A DNA stretch of 64,000 nt, taken from Plasmodiophora brassicae (Eukaryota). A program made the translations under genes and the position numbers. Location of the stretch: NCBI GenBank assembly GCA_036867785.1, contig CP145412.1, forward strand, positions 620,001 to 684,000. Reading direction: 5' to 3'. Shown here piece after piece: positions 1 to 13,429 of the stretch; position 1 is the stretch's first letter, and the number at the start of each line of letters is the position of its first letter. Under the pieces are notes generated by a model that had not been told where the DNA came from, did not search any database, and was given only the letters and a program-made list of their open reading frames with translations.

Positions 1-376
1 GCGGCCGGCAATGACTTCGTCAACCTGCTGCAGTTCCTGCTCGTCCAGATCCGCGTCGGCCGCGTCCGCCGCTCCGCCGTGCGGTACGCGCTCTGGATCG
101 CCCGGCACTTCGCCGCCCGCAGCACGACGCGCTTCCTGTGTACGAACTATCCCGATGCGGTGCGGGCGACCTCCTCGCGCTCCCCCTGTCATGTATGAGT
201 ACGAGCACGCGTTGTATATCAGCAACGGTACGAGGGCAACGCCCAACATGGCGGCCCTGCCTCAGGCCGGCGGCGGCGCCACACAGTGACGAGTAGCGGA
301 GGCACCTCGACGTGCGCGTTCTAAAACAAGCGTCGACGGGCCAGGCGAACGCAGACCCGCGGCGGCGTTCTCCGCC

Positions 377-1451
377 ATGGCGATCGAGAGCGTCGTTCTG
401 GCCGGCATCGTTGCCAACATTGCCAGCTCCGTCGGCATCGTCATCACCAACAAGTTCGTATGGAGCGCGCACGGTTTGTGGCAGGGCGCGCCCCGCTGTC
501 CACGCCGCCGTTATACTGATGGACCGGGTCGGCTCAGGGTTCAACTTTGTCGCTACGCTCTCGTTCCTGCATTTCGTCACGACGGCGCTGGCAACGCGGA
601 CGCTGCTGGCCGCCCGGTTCTTCGAGTACAAACCTGCCCCGCTGGCCGGCGTCATGCCCGTTGCCATTGGCACATTGGGCAGCGTTGCCTTCATGAACCG
701 TACGCCAACGACGACGACCCCGGTCTGCGCGCGTCCCGCGATGTTGACGTTGCGGTCTGTAGTGAACCTGGCGGCGAACTCGGTGGGCTTCTATCAGATC
801 TCCAAGCTGGCCTGCATCCCTGCCACGCTGATCCTGCAGTACCTGCTCTTCAAGAAGCAGGTCTCCGAGAAGACGCGGTACTCGCTGTTGGTGATCCTGC
901 TCGGCGTCGGGATCTCGACGGTCACCGACGTGAACGTGAACTTTATCGGGATGGCGTACGCGCTGATCGCCGTTGCGTTCACCGCCCTTGGGCAGATCTA
1001 CACGGGGTCGTCGCAGCAACAGCTCGGCCTGGACTCCATGCAACTGCTGCATCACTCCAGCCCCATCATCGCCGTCGGCATGTTCGTCTGTATCTTCCTG
1101 TTCGACGACGTGGGCGCGCTGCTTCAGTTCGAGTACACGTCGTCCGCCGTCTTCCTGATCGCCCTGACGTGCGTCCTGGCCGTCGGCGTGAACGTATCGA
1201 ACTACCTCGTCATTGGGAAGACGTCGCCGATCACCTACCAGGTCGTCGGCCATTCCAAAACCTGCCTCGTACTCGTGCTAGGCTTCCTCGCCTTTAGCAC
1301 GCCAGTCACCCTACGATCAATCGCCGGCATCGTCATCGCCATGGCCGGCGTGATCTGGTACGGCGAGGTCAAGCGGGTCGAATCCAACGCGTCGGCCAAA
1401 CTGCCCCAGTACGTGTCCGTCTCCAAGAACGACATCGCCCTCGACACGTAA
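377..1451 (+). CDS. Nucleotide-sugar/triose-phosphate transporter family protein (DMT superfamily, UXT/SLC35E3-like), ~3 exons
   Basis: Motifs NIASSVGIVITNK, LSFLHF, NLAANSVGFYQISKLACIP and IGKTSPITYQVVGHSKTCLVL. Multiple TM helices. GT-AG introns near 473-538 and 699-762. Confidence 0.88.
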
Positions 1452-1767
1452 GCATGCCCGTTAGGCGGCACCGTCGAACCTGTGTGCACACCTAACGCCA
1501 ACGGTTGGGCAGTTTCGACGACGGCAAGCTCAGCGACAACGAGGACTCGGCGTGACGACGACGACGCCGGCCGGCCCCCATATGGGACTGCTACCTGCGA
1601 CATGCAATACAGTCAATGGGAACACTTGTGCCACCCCGGGTAACCCGTCCTGATTGGCGTACGTCCTGCCTGGCCCGAATGCTGGCCGTGCGCGTCGCCA
1701 AATTCGACGGTGGAGAGTGCGCGATAAAGCGCGCGCGCGTCGTGTAGGTAGGTACGTCGCTTGTGGC

Positions 1768-2695
1768 ATGGACGGCGGCGACATGCCCGGCGATTTCGAC
1801 GGGTTGCGGATACAGGGTCGCCGGCTCGAGAAGCAGATCTTCACGAAGCTCGGCGACCTGTCCGCGCTGAACATCGACGCGATTCGGAATGCGCAGTCGA
1901 GCATGATGGGCCGGGCCGGGTCGGCGACGTCGCTGGCGAACGAGGCCGAGGCCGCCCAGAGGAGCATCGAGGAGCTGCTCGACAAAGTTCGTACTCGTTC
2001 CGTTGCCGCCTTCCCAGGACGCGCCTCCCTCTTATCTGTGCCCCGATTCAGTTACTGGACACGGCGAATCGTCTGGACGAATGCCTCCCCAGCCTGCCAC
2101 AGGGCCAGAAAGAGCAAGCCGTTCGCACCAATCAGAGGTACAGGGAGATACACCGCGATTACCTACATGAGTTCAACAGGACACGCGTCAGGATTGCTCT
2201 GCGCCATCGCTAACCCCGCTGAACGGTGCGTTTCAGGCGGCTTTGCAGGCCAGCATCGAACGTGCCGAACTGTTTTCCGGTGACATGGGTCGTGCCGGCC
2301 GGGCTCGCCCTGAAGCGGAGATGCTCCTTGGCGAGCAGAAGTCGCTGCACTCGTCCATCGACATGGTCGACGAATTGATTGGGTACGCTCGTTGCTGTTG
2401 TGGGGCTCGCTGGGTGACGCTCTTCGTGCCGCCAGCCGGGCAGACGCTACCCGCGAAGGGCTCGTGAAGCAGCGCGCAATCTACACGACGACGGCCGCCA
2501 ATCTGGATCAGATTGCTCAGCGATTTCCGTTAATCAGAGATGCAATGATCCGCATTCGGAGGTCGGCCATCGGGTTTTCCCAGGCTGCCGCTGTGCTGAC
2601 AGACCGTTCCCAGGTACAAGCAGAGAGACATGATTGTCCTTGCAGTTGTCATCGCGACCTGCATTCTATTCACGTTGTGGTACGTATTCGGATAG
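1768..2695 (+). CDS. GOS1: Golgi SNARE GOS1/GOSR1, multi-exon
   Basis: FDGLRIQGRRLEKQIFTKLGDLS N-terminus, QRYREIHRDYLHEFNRTR, SNARE coil (LLGEQKSLHSSIDMVDELI...RFPLIRDAMIRIRR) and C-terminal TM anchor DMIVLAVVIATCILFTLWYVFG*. Confidence 0.85.
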
Positions 2696-2749
2696 GAATA
2701 CACGACCGTTGGTCGAAACAATGCGACATGGGGCGTCTTTATGATCGAA

Positions 2750-3145
2750 TCAGATGAGAAGCTTCTCGATGGCATCGCGAAGCGGGTCGATCTGGGATTT
2801 CAGTTGGGAACCCTCGTTCGTCAGGATCGAGCACGTGATGACAGGTCGGGAGACACCACAGGCTCGCCCAAGCGCATGCTTGGAAGGCACAAACACGTAC
2901 GGGACGTTCTTGTCCTCGCAAAGCAGCGGCAGGTGCAGGAGAATCTCGAGCGGCTCCGCGTCGGCGGCCATGATGATCAGGTCGGAGATACCACGGTTCA
3001 GCGTTTTCGTTGCCTCGTTCGCGCCCTTCTTCAGCTGCTTGTAGCAACAAGCCTGCTGGACAACCTCGAGAATCGAGGTCGTCAGGTTCGCATCCGCTAA
3101 CGGGAACGCCTTCGGGTTCGGGGTCGACGATGATCCAGCGGTCAT
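2750..3145 (-). CDS. SNU13: U4/U6 snRNP and box C/D snoRNP protein Snu13/15.5K (L7Ae family)
   Basis: Intronless ORF with NPKAFPLAD...[17 protein letters not shown]...[29 protein letters not shown]. Confidence 0.97.
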   Translation of the reverse strand: MTAGSSSTPNPKAFPLADANLTTSILEVVQQACCYKQLKKGANEATKTLNRGISDLIIMAADAEPLEILLHLPLLCEDKNVPYVFVPSKHALGRACGVSRPVITCSILTNEGSQLKSQIDPLRDAIEKLLI

Positions 3146-3352
3146 GGTGGTCCTCCGGCAATGTCGATCACGATCGCAAACGATTCACGACACAGTGGGC
3201 GGGACTGACGTTCGCACTGCAGTCCAAGGCGTAGTCCGCCGGAACTCCGCACGGACTCCGTGACGCACTCGCACAAAGAACTCCGTTCGACTTGCACAAG
3301 ACGTGCGACCTTTATGGCTTAACGCTTCGACCGGTAGGACAATGAAGCAATG

Positions 3353-4118
3353 TCAGGCGGTTGCTTGCGTCTCCAAGTGGGGGTACCATGACGTCACGAC
3401 GCTGACTAATTCGCGGAACGCGGTGTCCAGATCGTCGTTTACCAGGTGGTGCTCGAAGAACCCGGCCGCCTTGCCAAACTCCATCTCGGACTTGGCGTTT
3501 TTCAGTCGAAGCGCAATGGATTCGTCGTTCTCGGATCCGCGCTTGATCAGGCGTTCACTGAGAAAAGCCGCAGTCAGGAGACATGCTAAGCAAGTGTAGG
3601 GTTGCCGGTGACCAACCGTAACGTTTGTGGGTGTGGAGGGTCGATGAACAAGAAGTGAGCCGGAATGCGGGATTCGTAGACCTGCTTGGCGCCCTGGACA
3701 TCGATTTCCAGAAGGCAAATCTTCTGCTGCTTCTGCACCGCCTGGACACTCGTGATCGATGAACCGTACAAGTTTCCGTGGACCTGAACATGGCGACGTT
3801 GTTAGCAGAAAGCGCGCGCCAGCCGTTCGGTTGATACAGACATTCGCATGCTCGACGAACTTGTTCTCAGCGATCATTTTCTCCATAGCCGACTTCTCAA
3901 CAAAGTGATACGAGACGCCATCGACCTCGCCCTAACCAGCACGATCAGCAGGGCGTCCCCCGCACACGACAACGCCGACTCAGCACCGCGCGCGGCTTCC
4001 TGGTCGTGTGCGACACGCTGTGCCCGAATCCATTCGGATACTGCTCCAGCAGCTTCTTGATCAGCGTGCCTTTGCCAACGCCGCTGGGGCCGCACACGAC
4101 CAACGGCCTGAACGCCAT
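3353..4118 (-). CDS. GUK1: Guanylate kinase, multi-exon
   Basis: [22 protein letters not shown]-loop, [41 protein letters not shown]. Confidence 0.93.
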
Positions 4119-4393
4119 CACCAGCCCCGCAACGCCCCGCCGAATTATAATTGTCCTCGGGCTGTCGTCGACCGTGCTGTGCCCGGTACGGAAGCCTGCC
4201 CGTCACAGGCAGCCAGCAGTTCGCAGCGCGGCAGACTGCGTCGTCGCGACTGCAAACTGCAACCGCGGCGCCAGACTCACAAGTTTGCGCCGCAGCGCGG
4301 CAATTCGCTGCCGTTCGACGACGCGTACGCGTATCCCGTGCCGATCTGCGCACCGAACGCCAAGTGACCGGCGTAAATGAAGGATTGTAATAA

Positions 4394-5226
4394 TTACTGT
4401 TGGTGGTGGTCAGCGTCTTTAACAATGTGCTCGCTGTACCATCGCACTGGCAGGAGCAGCGAGAAGCCGAACAGCGACAGGGCCAGCAGCGTCCATGCCG
4501 ACACGGAGAACTGTGTGTTTGTGGGGGGCGATGATTAGCGGACCCGGGGGCACTGGCGGTCAGTCGTACACTTACAATGCCCATGAAGTTGCGACCTTCC
4601 TTGCGCCCCTCGCTGGTGACGGCACCCAGGCAGTCGGTCTGCCCCGACGATGTGCAATTGGGCAACCCGCAGCAGTTGAACGCCCACTTTATGGCGGGCC
4701 TTTGCGCGATTTGAAGCAGATGGGCCGTCGTGTCTGGGTCGGTCAGCGTTCGCGCATTCTCGTTGAAGTCCACGAGCGACACGACCGACATCACTAGGCA
4801 CGTACAGGTCAGGCCCTCCCTGAGAATGCAGGAGCCGCACGCGTACGATGAGCGATAAACGTGGCAACGGCCAGAGGGAAGTACAGGTACAGGAGCGTGC
4901 TAGGGCGCCCTTTCGCGTTCAGCGATACGCGCGTGCGGGACAGGGCCAGCGAACCCAGCAGCCATGTCGCAGCGAGGCCGACCAGGTTGACCCATATCAG
5001 GTTGACGTCGTAATCCATCAGAATGATGCCGTGCGACGACCTCGTCGTCGCGACCGCCGTTCCAATGACGACCATACCTGGACGGGAGCAAACGTCAAAC
5101 AGACGCGTCGCGCCAACCGGTCTGACGGCCCCATAGCGGACCGTCCAGAAACACCAACGGGTTGACGAACGTCGCCACCGTGATACACCAGGCCCGCGAT
5201 CGGGGCAGGTCGCTGATCGTCAGCAT
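4394..5226 (-). CDS. Tetraspanin-like four-TM protein, multi-exon
   Basis: Three N-terminal hydrophobic segments, a loop with FNCCGLPNC...DC (CCG signature), then a fourth TM (VSAWTLLALSLFGFSLLL) before TAA at 4394. Confidence 0.6.
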
Positions 5227-5311
5227 CGCTGCGAGGGTCGGGGTCGCGCCTCTCGTAACATTAGCCGTCGTCGCCTACGACGAAATTGAATACTGTATTG
5301 CGCATTCGTGT

Positions 5312-5959
5312 TCACAGGTGTGGAGCCTGATAGAGAGGGTGGACGATGGCGTCCACCTGGTCGGCGTACTCGCCGGCCTGGATCTTGCCAACGTCGAGGA
5401 GGACCTTGAGTTCGGCGAGCTTCAGGGCGCGTAGCTGCGCCTTCAGGACGTCGTCCAGCGACTTGGTCAGCTGCGCGTCCTGCTTCTGCTCAACGGCCGC
5501 GAGCCTCTTCAGGATGTCATCCAGCGACTTGGTGATCTTCTTCAGCTGTGTTCGCGCTGACAGGTCGTCATCGTCGAGGTGCGCATTGCCAGCGCCCTCG
5601 CTGGCCGTATCGTCGTTGCTGACGACTTCTCTGGAGTCCCCCGAGTGGACCAGGGCCGAGCGCAACCGCGACCTGAGCGTTTTCTCCTCGAAGCGCTCAC
5701 TGGGCGTCGAGTTGTGCAGGTAGTCGGCATAGACCTTCGTCCAGACGCGGTTCGGGATCAGCTGCGTCACCTTCTTCCTGGATTTCGCGAAATCGGAGAA
5801 GTGCGCCCGGTAGCTATCGGTCAGCAGCTGGATCGTCTTCGGGTCGATGACGACCCGCGCCCGTTTCGCCAGCGGTTGGTCGTCGTCGTCCATGATCTCC
5901 TTGACGAGCCCGTCGTCGTCAATGACCTTCGCGGCGATCGCCCCGCCCGCCCCGTCCAT
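5312..5959 (-). CDS. Hypothetical protein with an internal repeat and SHOCT-like C-terminus
   Basis: Intronless ORF with GC3-biased codons, TKSLDDILK / TKSLDDVLK repeat and C-terminal LAELKVLLDVGKIQAGEY. Confidence 0.6.
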   Translation of the reverse strand: MDGAGGAIAAKVIDDDGLVKEIMDDDDQPLAKRARVVIDPKTIQLLTDSYRAHFSDFAKSRKKVTQLIPNRVWTKVYADYLHNSTPSERFEEKTLRSRLRSALVHSGDSREVVSNDDTASEGAGNAHLDDDDLSARTQLKKITKSLDDILKRLAAVEQKQDAQLTKSLDDVLKAQLRALKLAELKVLLDVGKIQAGEYADQVDAIVHPLYQAPHL

Positions 5960-6344
5960 GGCACCGGCACGCCACACGGACTGTGTGAACCCGCCGATCC
6001 CGCGGCCCGACGCGCGACGTATTTGTCCGTGACAGTGACGCCCGCCACGAACCGCAAGCGGCTACATCGTCGTTATAGGCCCAGGCACTGCGTTTGGCCA
6101 CAATCAGCTGGATCGGGGGCACGGGCACCGACCGACGGACGCGTGCACGCGACCTCGCTCAATGCGACGGGGGCGAACACGTTGGGGCGCCGCGTCGACG
6201 TATTCGTTGCCCTGCTGTGTAGCGCGAGGCCCTGCGCGGTGGTTCCCCAGTGGCTCCGCGACCATTTTGGGATCGTTTCGGGGGTATAATAAGTGAAGTC
6301 GTGTTGGAAACGCGTCACACCGCAAACCAGTCGGTTCGGTCGGC

Positions 6345-7089
6345 ATGGGGCGGTCCTTGCCGGTGCAGGTCCTGCTGTTCCTGCAATGGCTGAAGCAGAC
6401 CGAGGGTCGCGACAAACTGTACCGACTGGTGGCGTATGGGTCCAAGGTGCCGATCCACCTGCTGAAGGAGGGCGGCGGCGACAAGGACCTCGTCGAGCGC
6501 CTGAGCAGGGGCGCGTCCGCGGTCGGCCTGACGCGGAAGCTCATGCGTGTGTTCCGGTCGGTGGAGTTCCTCAACGACCTCGTCAAGGCCACCGAGATCA
6601 AGGACAACTTCGAGCGGAACGCCAGCTTCCTCAAGGCGTTCGCGTTGATGTGGTGGATGATTGCAGGTAGTACCATCGGATGTTGCCTTCGTAACTGCTA
6701 GCTCATGACGAACAGATCATGCTCAGTGGATGGCGAAGGCGGGCTATTTGAGGCTGACGAAAGACCAGCAGTCGTCAGTGGATCGTATGCACAGCAAGGC
6801 GTGGTTCGTCGGCCTGCTCGCTGGCGTCGCCATCTCGTTGTATAAGTTGGTGCCCATCATGGACCAGCTGCGCGTTGCTCGAAGCGGACCCGCGGACGCG
6901 AAGGCCGTCGACGAACTCGAGAGCAAGCAGCGAAAGACGGTCCAAGGCCTTGTCAAGAACGCTGTCGACCTCATCATTCCGACGGCGCGCTTGAAGTGGA
7001 TCGATGTATCCGATCTGGCCGTCGGCCTAGCAGGCACGTTCACGTCCGTAATCGGTATCATCGATACGTACCCTGTGGCGCTGAAATAA
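6345..7089 (+). CDS. PEX11: Peroxisomal biogenesis factor 11, 2 exons
   Basis: LKQTEGRDKLYRLVAYGSK, LTRKLMR, LVKNAVDLIIP and VGLAGTFTSVIG motifs. Intron near 6668-6715. Confidence 0.92.
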
Positions 7090-7430
7090 TGAACTGTCGC
7101 GCCTCGCCTCGTCCGCGATGCGCATAACGATGGGCGGACCCGTTCGCCTGTGTAACCTCTTCCATCTGGCGTCCGCTAGCTAAAGGCAATCGGCTCGTGG
7201 ACTTTCACGAGGTCGTTCCTTGTCCCCCGCCTGTCACGGCGACCCGGATGTCCCACATGGGCCATCGCGCCCGAATACATGACCCTCTGCAATCGCAGGC
7301 AGCGTACGTCATCGACCGTGCAGGACCGTTGCGACAACCGGGCCGGTCCTTGGTGGATTGGGCGGCGGCATAGCCCAGCAAATGACGAGTTGGGCAAGGC
7401 CCACATGGTGGCAGGACGCGCTGTTGCAAT

Positions 7431-8740
7431 TTATTCCAGCTGGTGTCCGCTGGCCAGAAGGCACAGGTTGGAGATCAGGCCGCAGATCTGCAGATTCGTA
7501 TCGAGACCGTTGGCGACGCTGACATGCGTGAAACCGATCTGACGAATAAACGCCAGCTTGAGCGTTGGCTCCATGTCGTACGTCCTGCACACGCGGAACA
7601 ATGTCGAGATGATGTCGATCGCCGAATAGCCAAGCATCCATAGTCCTAGAGTGGGGCGTTAGCCATGTCCCCGGATGCCAACCAGCCCGTCTAAGCCCAC
7701 CTTGGAAACCATCCAGCGCCTCTCGGACACTGCCCTTCAGGCACTGCGACATGACGTACTGCAGCACTTTCGGGTGAGGCTGGTCGACGACTTTGAAGAC
7801 ATTGTCGGCGCTGATCATTCCAAACCCGGCGTATGTGGCCTGTAGACTGTTCAGCGCGTTCCTCATGTCACCTGTGGCGACGCATGGTTAGTGAATCCGA
7901 CGACGGGCGCGATACGTTCTGACCTTCAGCAGTGAACAGAATCGCTTCGAGCCCATCGTTCGAGTACGTCGTGATCCGCTCCTTCTCCAGGACGGTCAGG
8001 AGGCGCGTCAGGATCTCTTCGTCGGACAGCCGGGAGAAGCGAAGGATCGCGCAACGACCTGCAACGGTACACGTTGGAACCGGTCAGCCCTGACGGGCGC
8101 CATGATACCCCGTACTCTGTATAGGTTCGATGATCTTGCTGGACGTATTGCAGGCAAGGGCAAAGCGGGTCGTGTCCGAATAGATCTCCATCGTCCGACG
8201 AAGCGCCTGCTGCGCTGCGGACGTCATACTGTCGGCCTCGTCGAGAATGATAATCTTGTGCCGGTTCGGTGGCAGGCCAGCCACCTTCTGTTGTGCAAAC
8301 TGCTTGATCTTGTTCCGCACGACATCAATCCCGCTGCAGGCGACCGATGCGTGTGAGGGAGATGAACAGGAGGACGGAGGAGCTTACCGATCATCCGATG
8401 CATTCAGCTCTAAGACGGCGTCCTTCTTCAGGTTGCCCAGAAGTTGGACGGCCAAGCAGTGAATGCTGGTGGTCTTTCCCGTTCCTGGCGGTCCAGACAC
8501 GATGATATTTGGCATGTTGCCATCGTCACCAATAACCTACGATTCTGTCAGGATCAACGTGGTGGCGAGGGCCCGTAGATAACATCCCACCTTGAGACGT
8601 TCGATGGTGGACTTGTTCCCAACGACGTCGTCGAGTACGGCCGGCCTGTACTTCTCCAGCCACGGTTGCTCCATGGTCGAACCGGCGCCACCCTTCGTCA
8701 TCTCATCGATCACCATCGAAGACGACGACGGCGCCGCCAT
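7431..8740 (-). CDS. RFC2: Replication factor C small subunit (human RFC2 / yeast Rfc4), multi-exon
   Basis: [71 protein letters not shown]. Confidence 0.95.
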
Positions 8741-8883
8741 CTCCGCGCCGGCCACTCCGCGAACTGGCCGCCGTCGACCGACTGCCCCTGCCGGATCCGG
8801 GCGCGTCCAAGAACACGGACGGGGACGAACAAGGGGGCGTAGGCGCCCGAAGCATAATGGACGTGCTAGCGATTGATCGTGGT

Positions 8884-11800
8884 TTAAATAGATTTGACAG
8901 AATTTACAAGTTCGGCCCACTGCAGGGCCGTACTTCGTGATCGGAAGGCGAACACGGTCTGCTCCTCGATTTCAATGCAGTGTGGGCGCCCGTGCCGTGC
9001 ACCGACAGCGATAGACACCTGGGACGTGTGTCAACCACGGCGCACGGTGCGACTTGCAAACAACTGACAGGGTTTTCTTCGCCGAAACGATCGAGTGCCG
9101 TCAGGTAGATGCACGCGAGCGGGTCATCGGGTTCGTCCTGTAGAAACGAGATCAGGCACGTTCGAGACGCGTGACATCGTCAGCTGACCTGGATGCTGTC
9201 GTAGACCCGGATAACATCGCCATGCAGGTAGAGGAACACCAGGATCCAGAGTCCGCCAGCGGCGGGTATGACACGTCCGGTGAACGTTGACCTTACTGGC
9301 GTCGTGTTCGCCTGGTCCATCCAGCGAAGCGCAAACCCGTGTTTGGATCGTAACAGGGAGCCAAAGTAATCGACGAACGCTGAAGGAGGATCCTCTAAGT
9401 CGCGACCAACTGCATCGTCTACGCCGATATGTAGCAGATACTGCCCAGCGACGCCTGCAAAGACGCGAATTAGACCCATCCGCAATATGCATGGCAGTTA
9501 GATGCACGATCACCATGGTGCTGATCATCACTGCCTTCGCCATCAACCAGGTCACGCTAGCATGTGTACGACGTCACGCGCCATGAGGCAACAACAAAGT
9601 TGTGAACAATACCATACCAGTTGGTCCTTGGAACTGAAAGCGATGTGGGAGCGCATGAAATGTCTTCGTCGTACCCGACGCAGGTATTGCTTTCGCTTCC
9701 GTTTCTGAGCAAGAACGATGTGCTCGCTCGGAGCAGGATCATGAAGTCTTGGACTTATGCGATGGGCCCATCGAAGAGCTTTCATCCGGGTTCGGAAGGC
9801 AAACCTGAACATCTCGCTATCGTCCTGTACGAAGCTCCGAGTAAGAAAGTTGGGCGACAAGCTGACCGTATAGTTTAGGAATCACCGATGATCCAGCGAT
9901 TGCAATACAGTGAGGCTGATGACTGAACGGGGACGCGTTGGAAACAGCGACAATCTCGCCAGACGTTTGGTCGATGGTGTTGATGATGAGCACACAATCG
10001 TCCGGATCGGTAGCGTCAAACATGTCGTACACTCGGATGTCGGTGCCAAACATGAAGAGAAACACGTCACACCAGATCCCGTCCTGTGCTGGGCATAAAA
10101 ATTCAAGGTCACTCGCCGTGCAACGTTCCTCCATACCGGGCCCAGCATGACAGCGTTGTCGTGCAATGTCGGCTGAAACGTGCCGAAGTGGCCAACAAAC
10201 GTGGCCCCAAGCAATTTCGTGTCGGGGATTTGGGATACGACAGTGAAAGCATCTGGATCGCGGTAGGCAGCCAGAAGTGGTGGTTCGTTATTCGTGCTTG
10301 CGCTTCGCGCGCTGCGAACGTGACTTCGTACCTCGCGATCCACATTTGGCGGGTCTCCTCCCCTATCGCATCGACGTCTCAGTTCCAAACTGATTGGCAA
10401 CAGGGACGACACTGACTTGATTTTCTCAAGCTTCTTCTTCTCACTCTGCATGATCGTGCAGCAAACAGAGACCCGTTGCATGAGTGCCTGTTGTTGCAGA
10501 ATGTCGACCTCAACTTGACGTCTTGCTTTCTCAAGAGCAGACAGCGTCTCCTCAATAATATCTGTGCGCAGTCACAACGTTAAAGTACGGCCTGACATAA
10601 ACTCGAATGAGGACCTTTAAAGACGAAAAGCCCATTGGGGACGGTGGATGAGGCTAAATCAACATCGACATATTTGGCCTGTTGACATAGGTGACGAAGA
10701 ATTCGTGTGCAGGCAATCAGAACTCACCTGAGATTTAACAGGGACACCTATCAAGGAAATTGAAACATGAGAACCTCAAATAGCCGTATGCACTGTCCCG
10801 TCCGACCGTTGAGAATGAGGTTGAGGATGTCAATCCCTGTGCGGCGAGAGAAAGAGGACGTCGGCTGTGACACCATCTGAAGGATTGCTGAACTGAGCAC
10901 ATAAACAAAGCATTTGAGCGCAATCGTTTAACCTGTAGGAGGGACACAACTCCTCCGTTTTCGAGAAGCATGGTGCGAAACACATGCCGAGCGTGCGAAG
11001 GATGATCGCGGATCAGAGTCAGCAACGCGGATGCGTACACAACCTGAGTAGAGCTTGTGAGAAACGATGCATGAAAAGCATCACAATTATGGTCGACTTC
11101 AGAGTGATCAGGACCCATCAGAATGGACAGTCTTGCAACGAATACGTTAACCGTTTCCAAGGGGATTTTCTCAACTTCACCCGGAGACAATGATGCCAGC
11201 TCTCGAGCAGCCAGTGCCGCCGTAACCCGATCGGTTGAAAGAATCATGTCCAGCATGCGGGGAACGTCGAATTCCGTAAAGAAACTTGACCTGTCTAGAG
11301 AAAGACATCAAGGAACAAGCCATTGCATATATAACCAACTTACGAGACTGGAGCCTACGAAGGTGCCCGATAATTTCCATGAACGAGGGACGTTCTTGCG
11401 GGTTTCGATGGAGGCAGCGCTCGATGAGACTTGTTATAAAAGTTCCGCACCATTGAGGTATGGTCGGTATGGCGCCGTCATCGAGAACGATGGTGACAAT
11501 GTCGCGATAACCTAATTGCACATGGCTTAGAAGTGAGCAGCATAACGTATGGCAGAGGATACCCTTGACAGTATACTTGTCCGAAAACGGGAGTTGACGG
11601 GTAAGGAACTGCAGGAACAGATTAGCACCTGGCACTTGTACGAATAATCACGCAATGCCTACCTCGGTCATCATGATACCAAAGCTGTATACATCAACAC
11701 TGGCATTATAGGGACTGCCCTCCATAATTTCCTGTACGATAACAGCGTCAGGCTATGACTGCACTCGTCATACCACGTATGAACCACGTTACAGGAGCCA

Positions 11801-13429
11801 TCCATTCAGGGGTTCCGAATACGCCATAATGGCCCCCATCTCCGTTTTGTGGCTCTTGGCTACATGTGCCAGTTAGATTCAGGCAGCCTGCCGAAAAAAA
11901 CATGTTTACCTGGTTTTACGAAGGCTTTGACGAACGTGTGACAGCCCGAAATCGCAAACTTTGGGCGTCAACGTTCCGCCGACAAGGACATTCTGGGACT
12001 TCAGGTCTCTAACAACACGACTTCAGATGACGAGTGTGTGTCGTGAATTTTCAAGCAGACCGATGAATGATTTGACGCGACAGACTGTGCAGATAACTGA
12101 GGCCTTGGGCGATACCAGTCCACATGTCAAGAATTTGCCCGAAATTCAGCGGTTCGCTGCGCTCGTGCAGCAGGTCGTACAGCGTGCCTCCCGAGCACCT
12201 ACAGCAATCAAACATTCATGATCCATTGATGCACTAGAACTTGTATTTCCGCTGTTGGTTACCATTCCGTAACGATGCACACATTCGGTTGATATGTGCA
12301 GGCTCCGATGTATAGTACTATGTTTGGGTGACGAAGTTGTGACAGTATCGCTATCTGGAGGCGGCAACGTTGGGGATTATGGGCGGGTCAGCGATGAGCG
12401 ACCGCACACAGACCTCGTGCTTCAGCGACGTAAGGATGTCCTCGTCAACTTGTTGCTTCTTCAGTTGCTTGATCGCGATGTCGGTACCCCATAGAGACCC
12501 TCGATACACCTCGCCTACGACTCCGACGATGAACATGATTGTATCGTGAGAAGGCGTATGGGCATCATACCGAAGTGTCCCATACCGAGCTTGTCGTTAA
12601 ACTCTATCGCTTCAAACGGAATTTCAAACTGCCCTGCTCAAAGGGTTAAACGAACCTCGCAATGTCTACACAGTTGGCCATTTTGTCCTACAGGGCATCA
12701 TTGATGAAGCTGTGCCATTCATGATACCGCTTGGGTCCTCTGTGCTGGATCCGACACGATTCCGAAAGCTTCTGCTAACCGAGTGCGAGACCGTTTCCAG
12801 CACAGTGGTTAAATCGCGGACCCAGCCATGAAACAGAACGACGTCATTCGTTCGGAAGAGGAAGCGGTGTTCCCCTTCTGTGATTGTAAAGGAGGAATCT
12901 CCGTCAGCAGAATCTGATGGCGTTACATCCAGAGCCGCCTTCCTAAGCGTGATAATCGCAAGGATCGTTGATAATGGGGAGGCGACAACGTCGACGCTCA
13001 CTCTGGCAACAGAAATATCTGAGCTACCAGCCAAGCTACACAACATTCGTGCAGTCCCGACCTTGAAGGTGATTTCGATCGATTGACAGAGCGCGATCTT
13101 GGAGTGCTGGATGGGAGATTGCCGGTCGCAGCTCTGGACGCGTGGTCAGCATCCGTAACGATTGATTTAACAACCGAAGCGGGAACCGTACTCGTGAGGT
13201 CTACCACGAAATATAACAATGAAATCACTTCGCAGGACGACCCATCGCCGTTTCCAATCTGCGACGCTACGACTGCCTAGAACGTGCAGGTATGACGCGC
13301 GCACGAGCTGTGGTGCCTCGGCGTCACCATCGGCCCCAATGTCCTGGCACAAGAATTCAGAAACCCGCCGACGACCCGGCCGATGCGTTCGCCTACCAGG
13401 CTGCCGCCGCCCCACCCGGACGCTGACAT
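8884..13429 (-). CDS. Large multi-exon TKL-type protein kinase with N-terminal PH domain, ARM-like region, coiled coil and two C-terminal PH-like repeats
   Basis: PH motif WKRRWVVLRSDFIVIF. Kinase motifs GMGHFGEVYRG, IAIKQL, DLKSQNVLV, VCDFGLS, GTPEWMAPE, DVYSFGI, CLHRNPQERPSF. The C-terminal part could be a separate gene. Confidence 0.75.
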
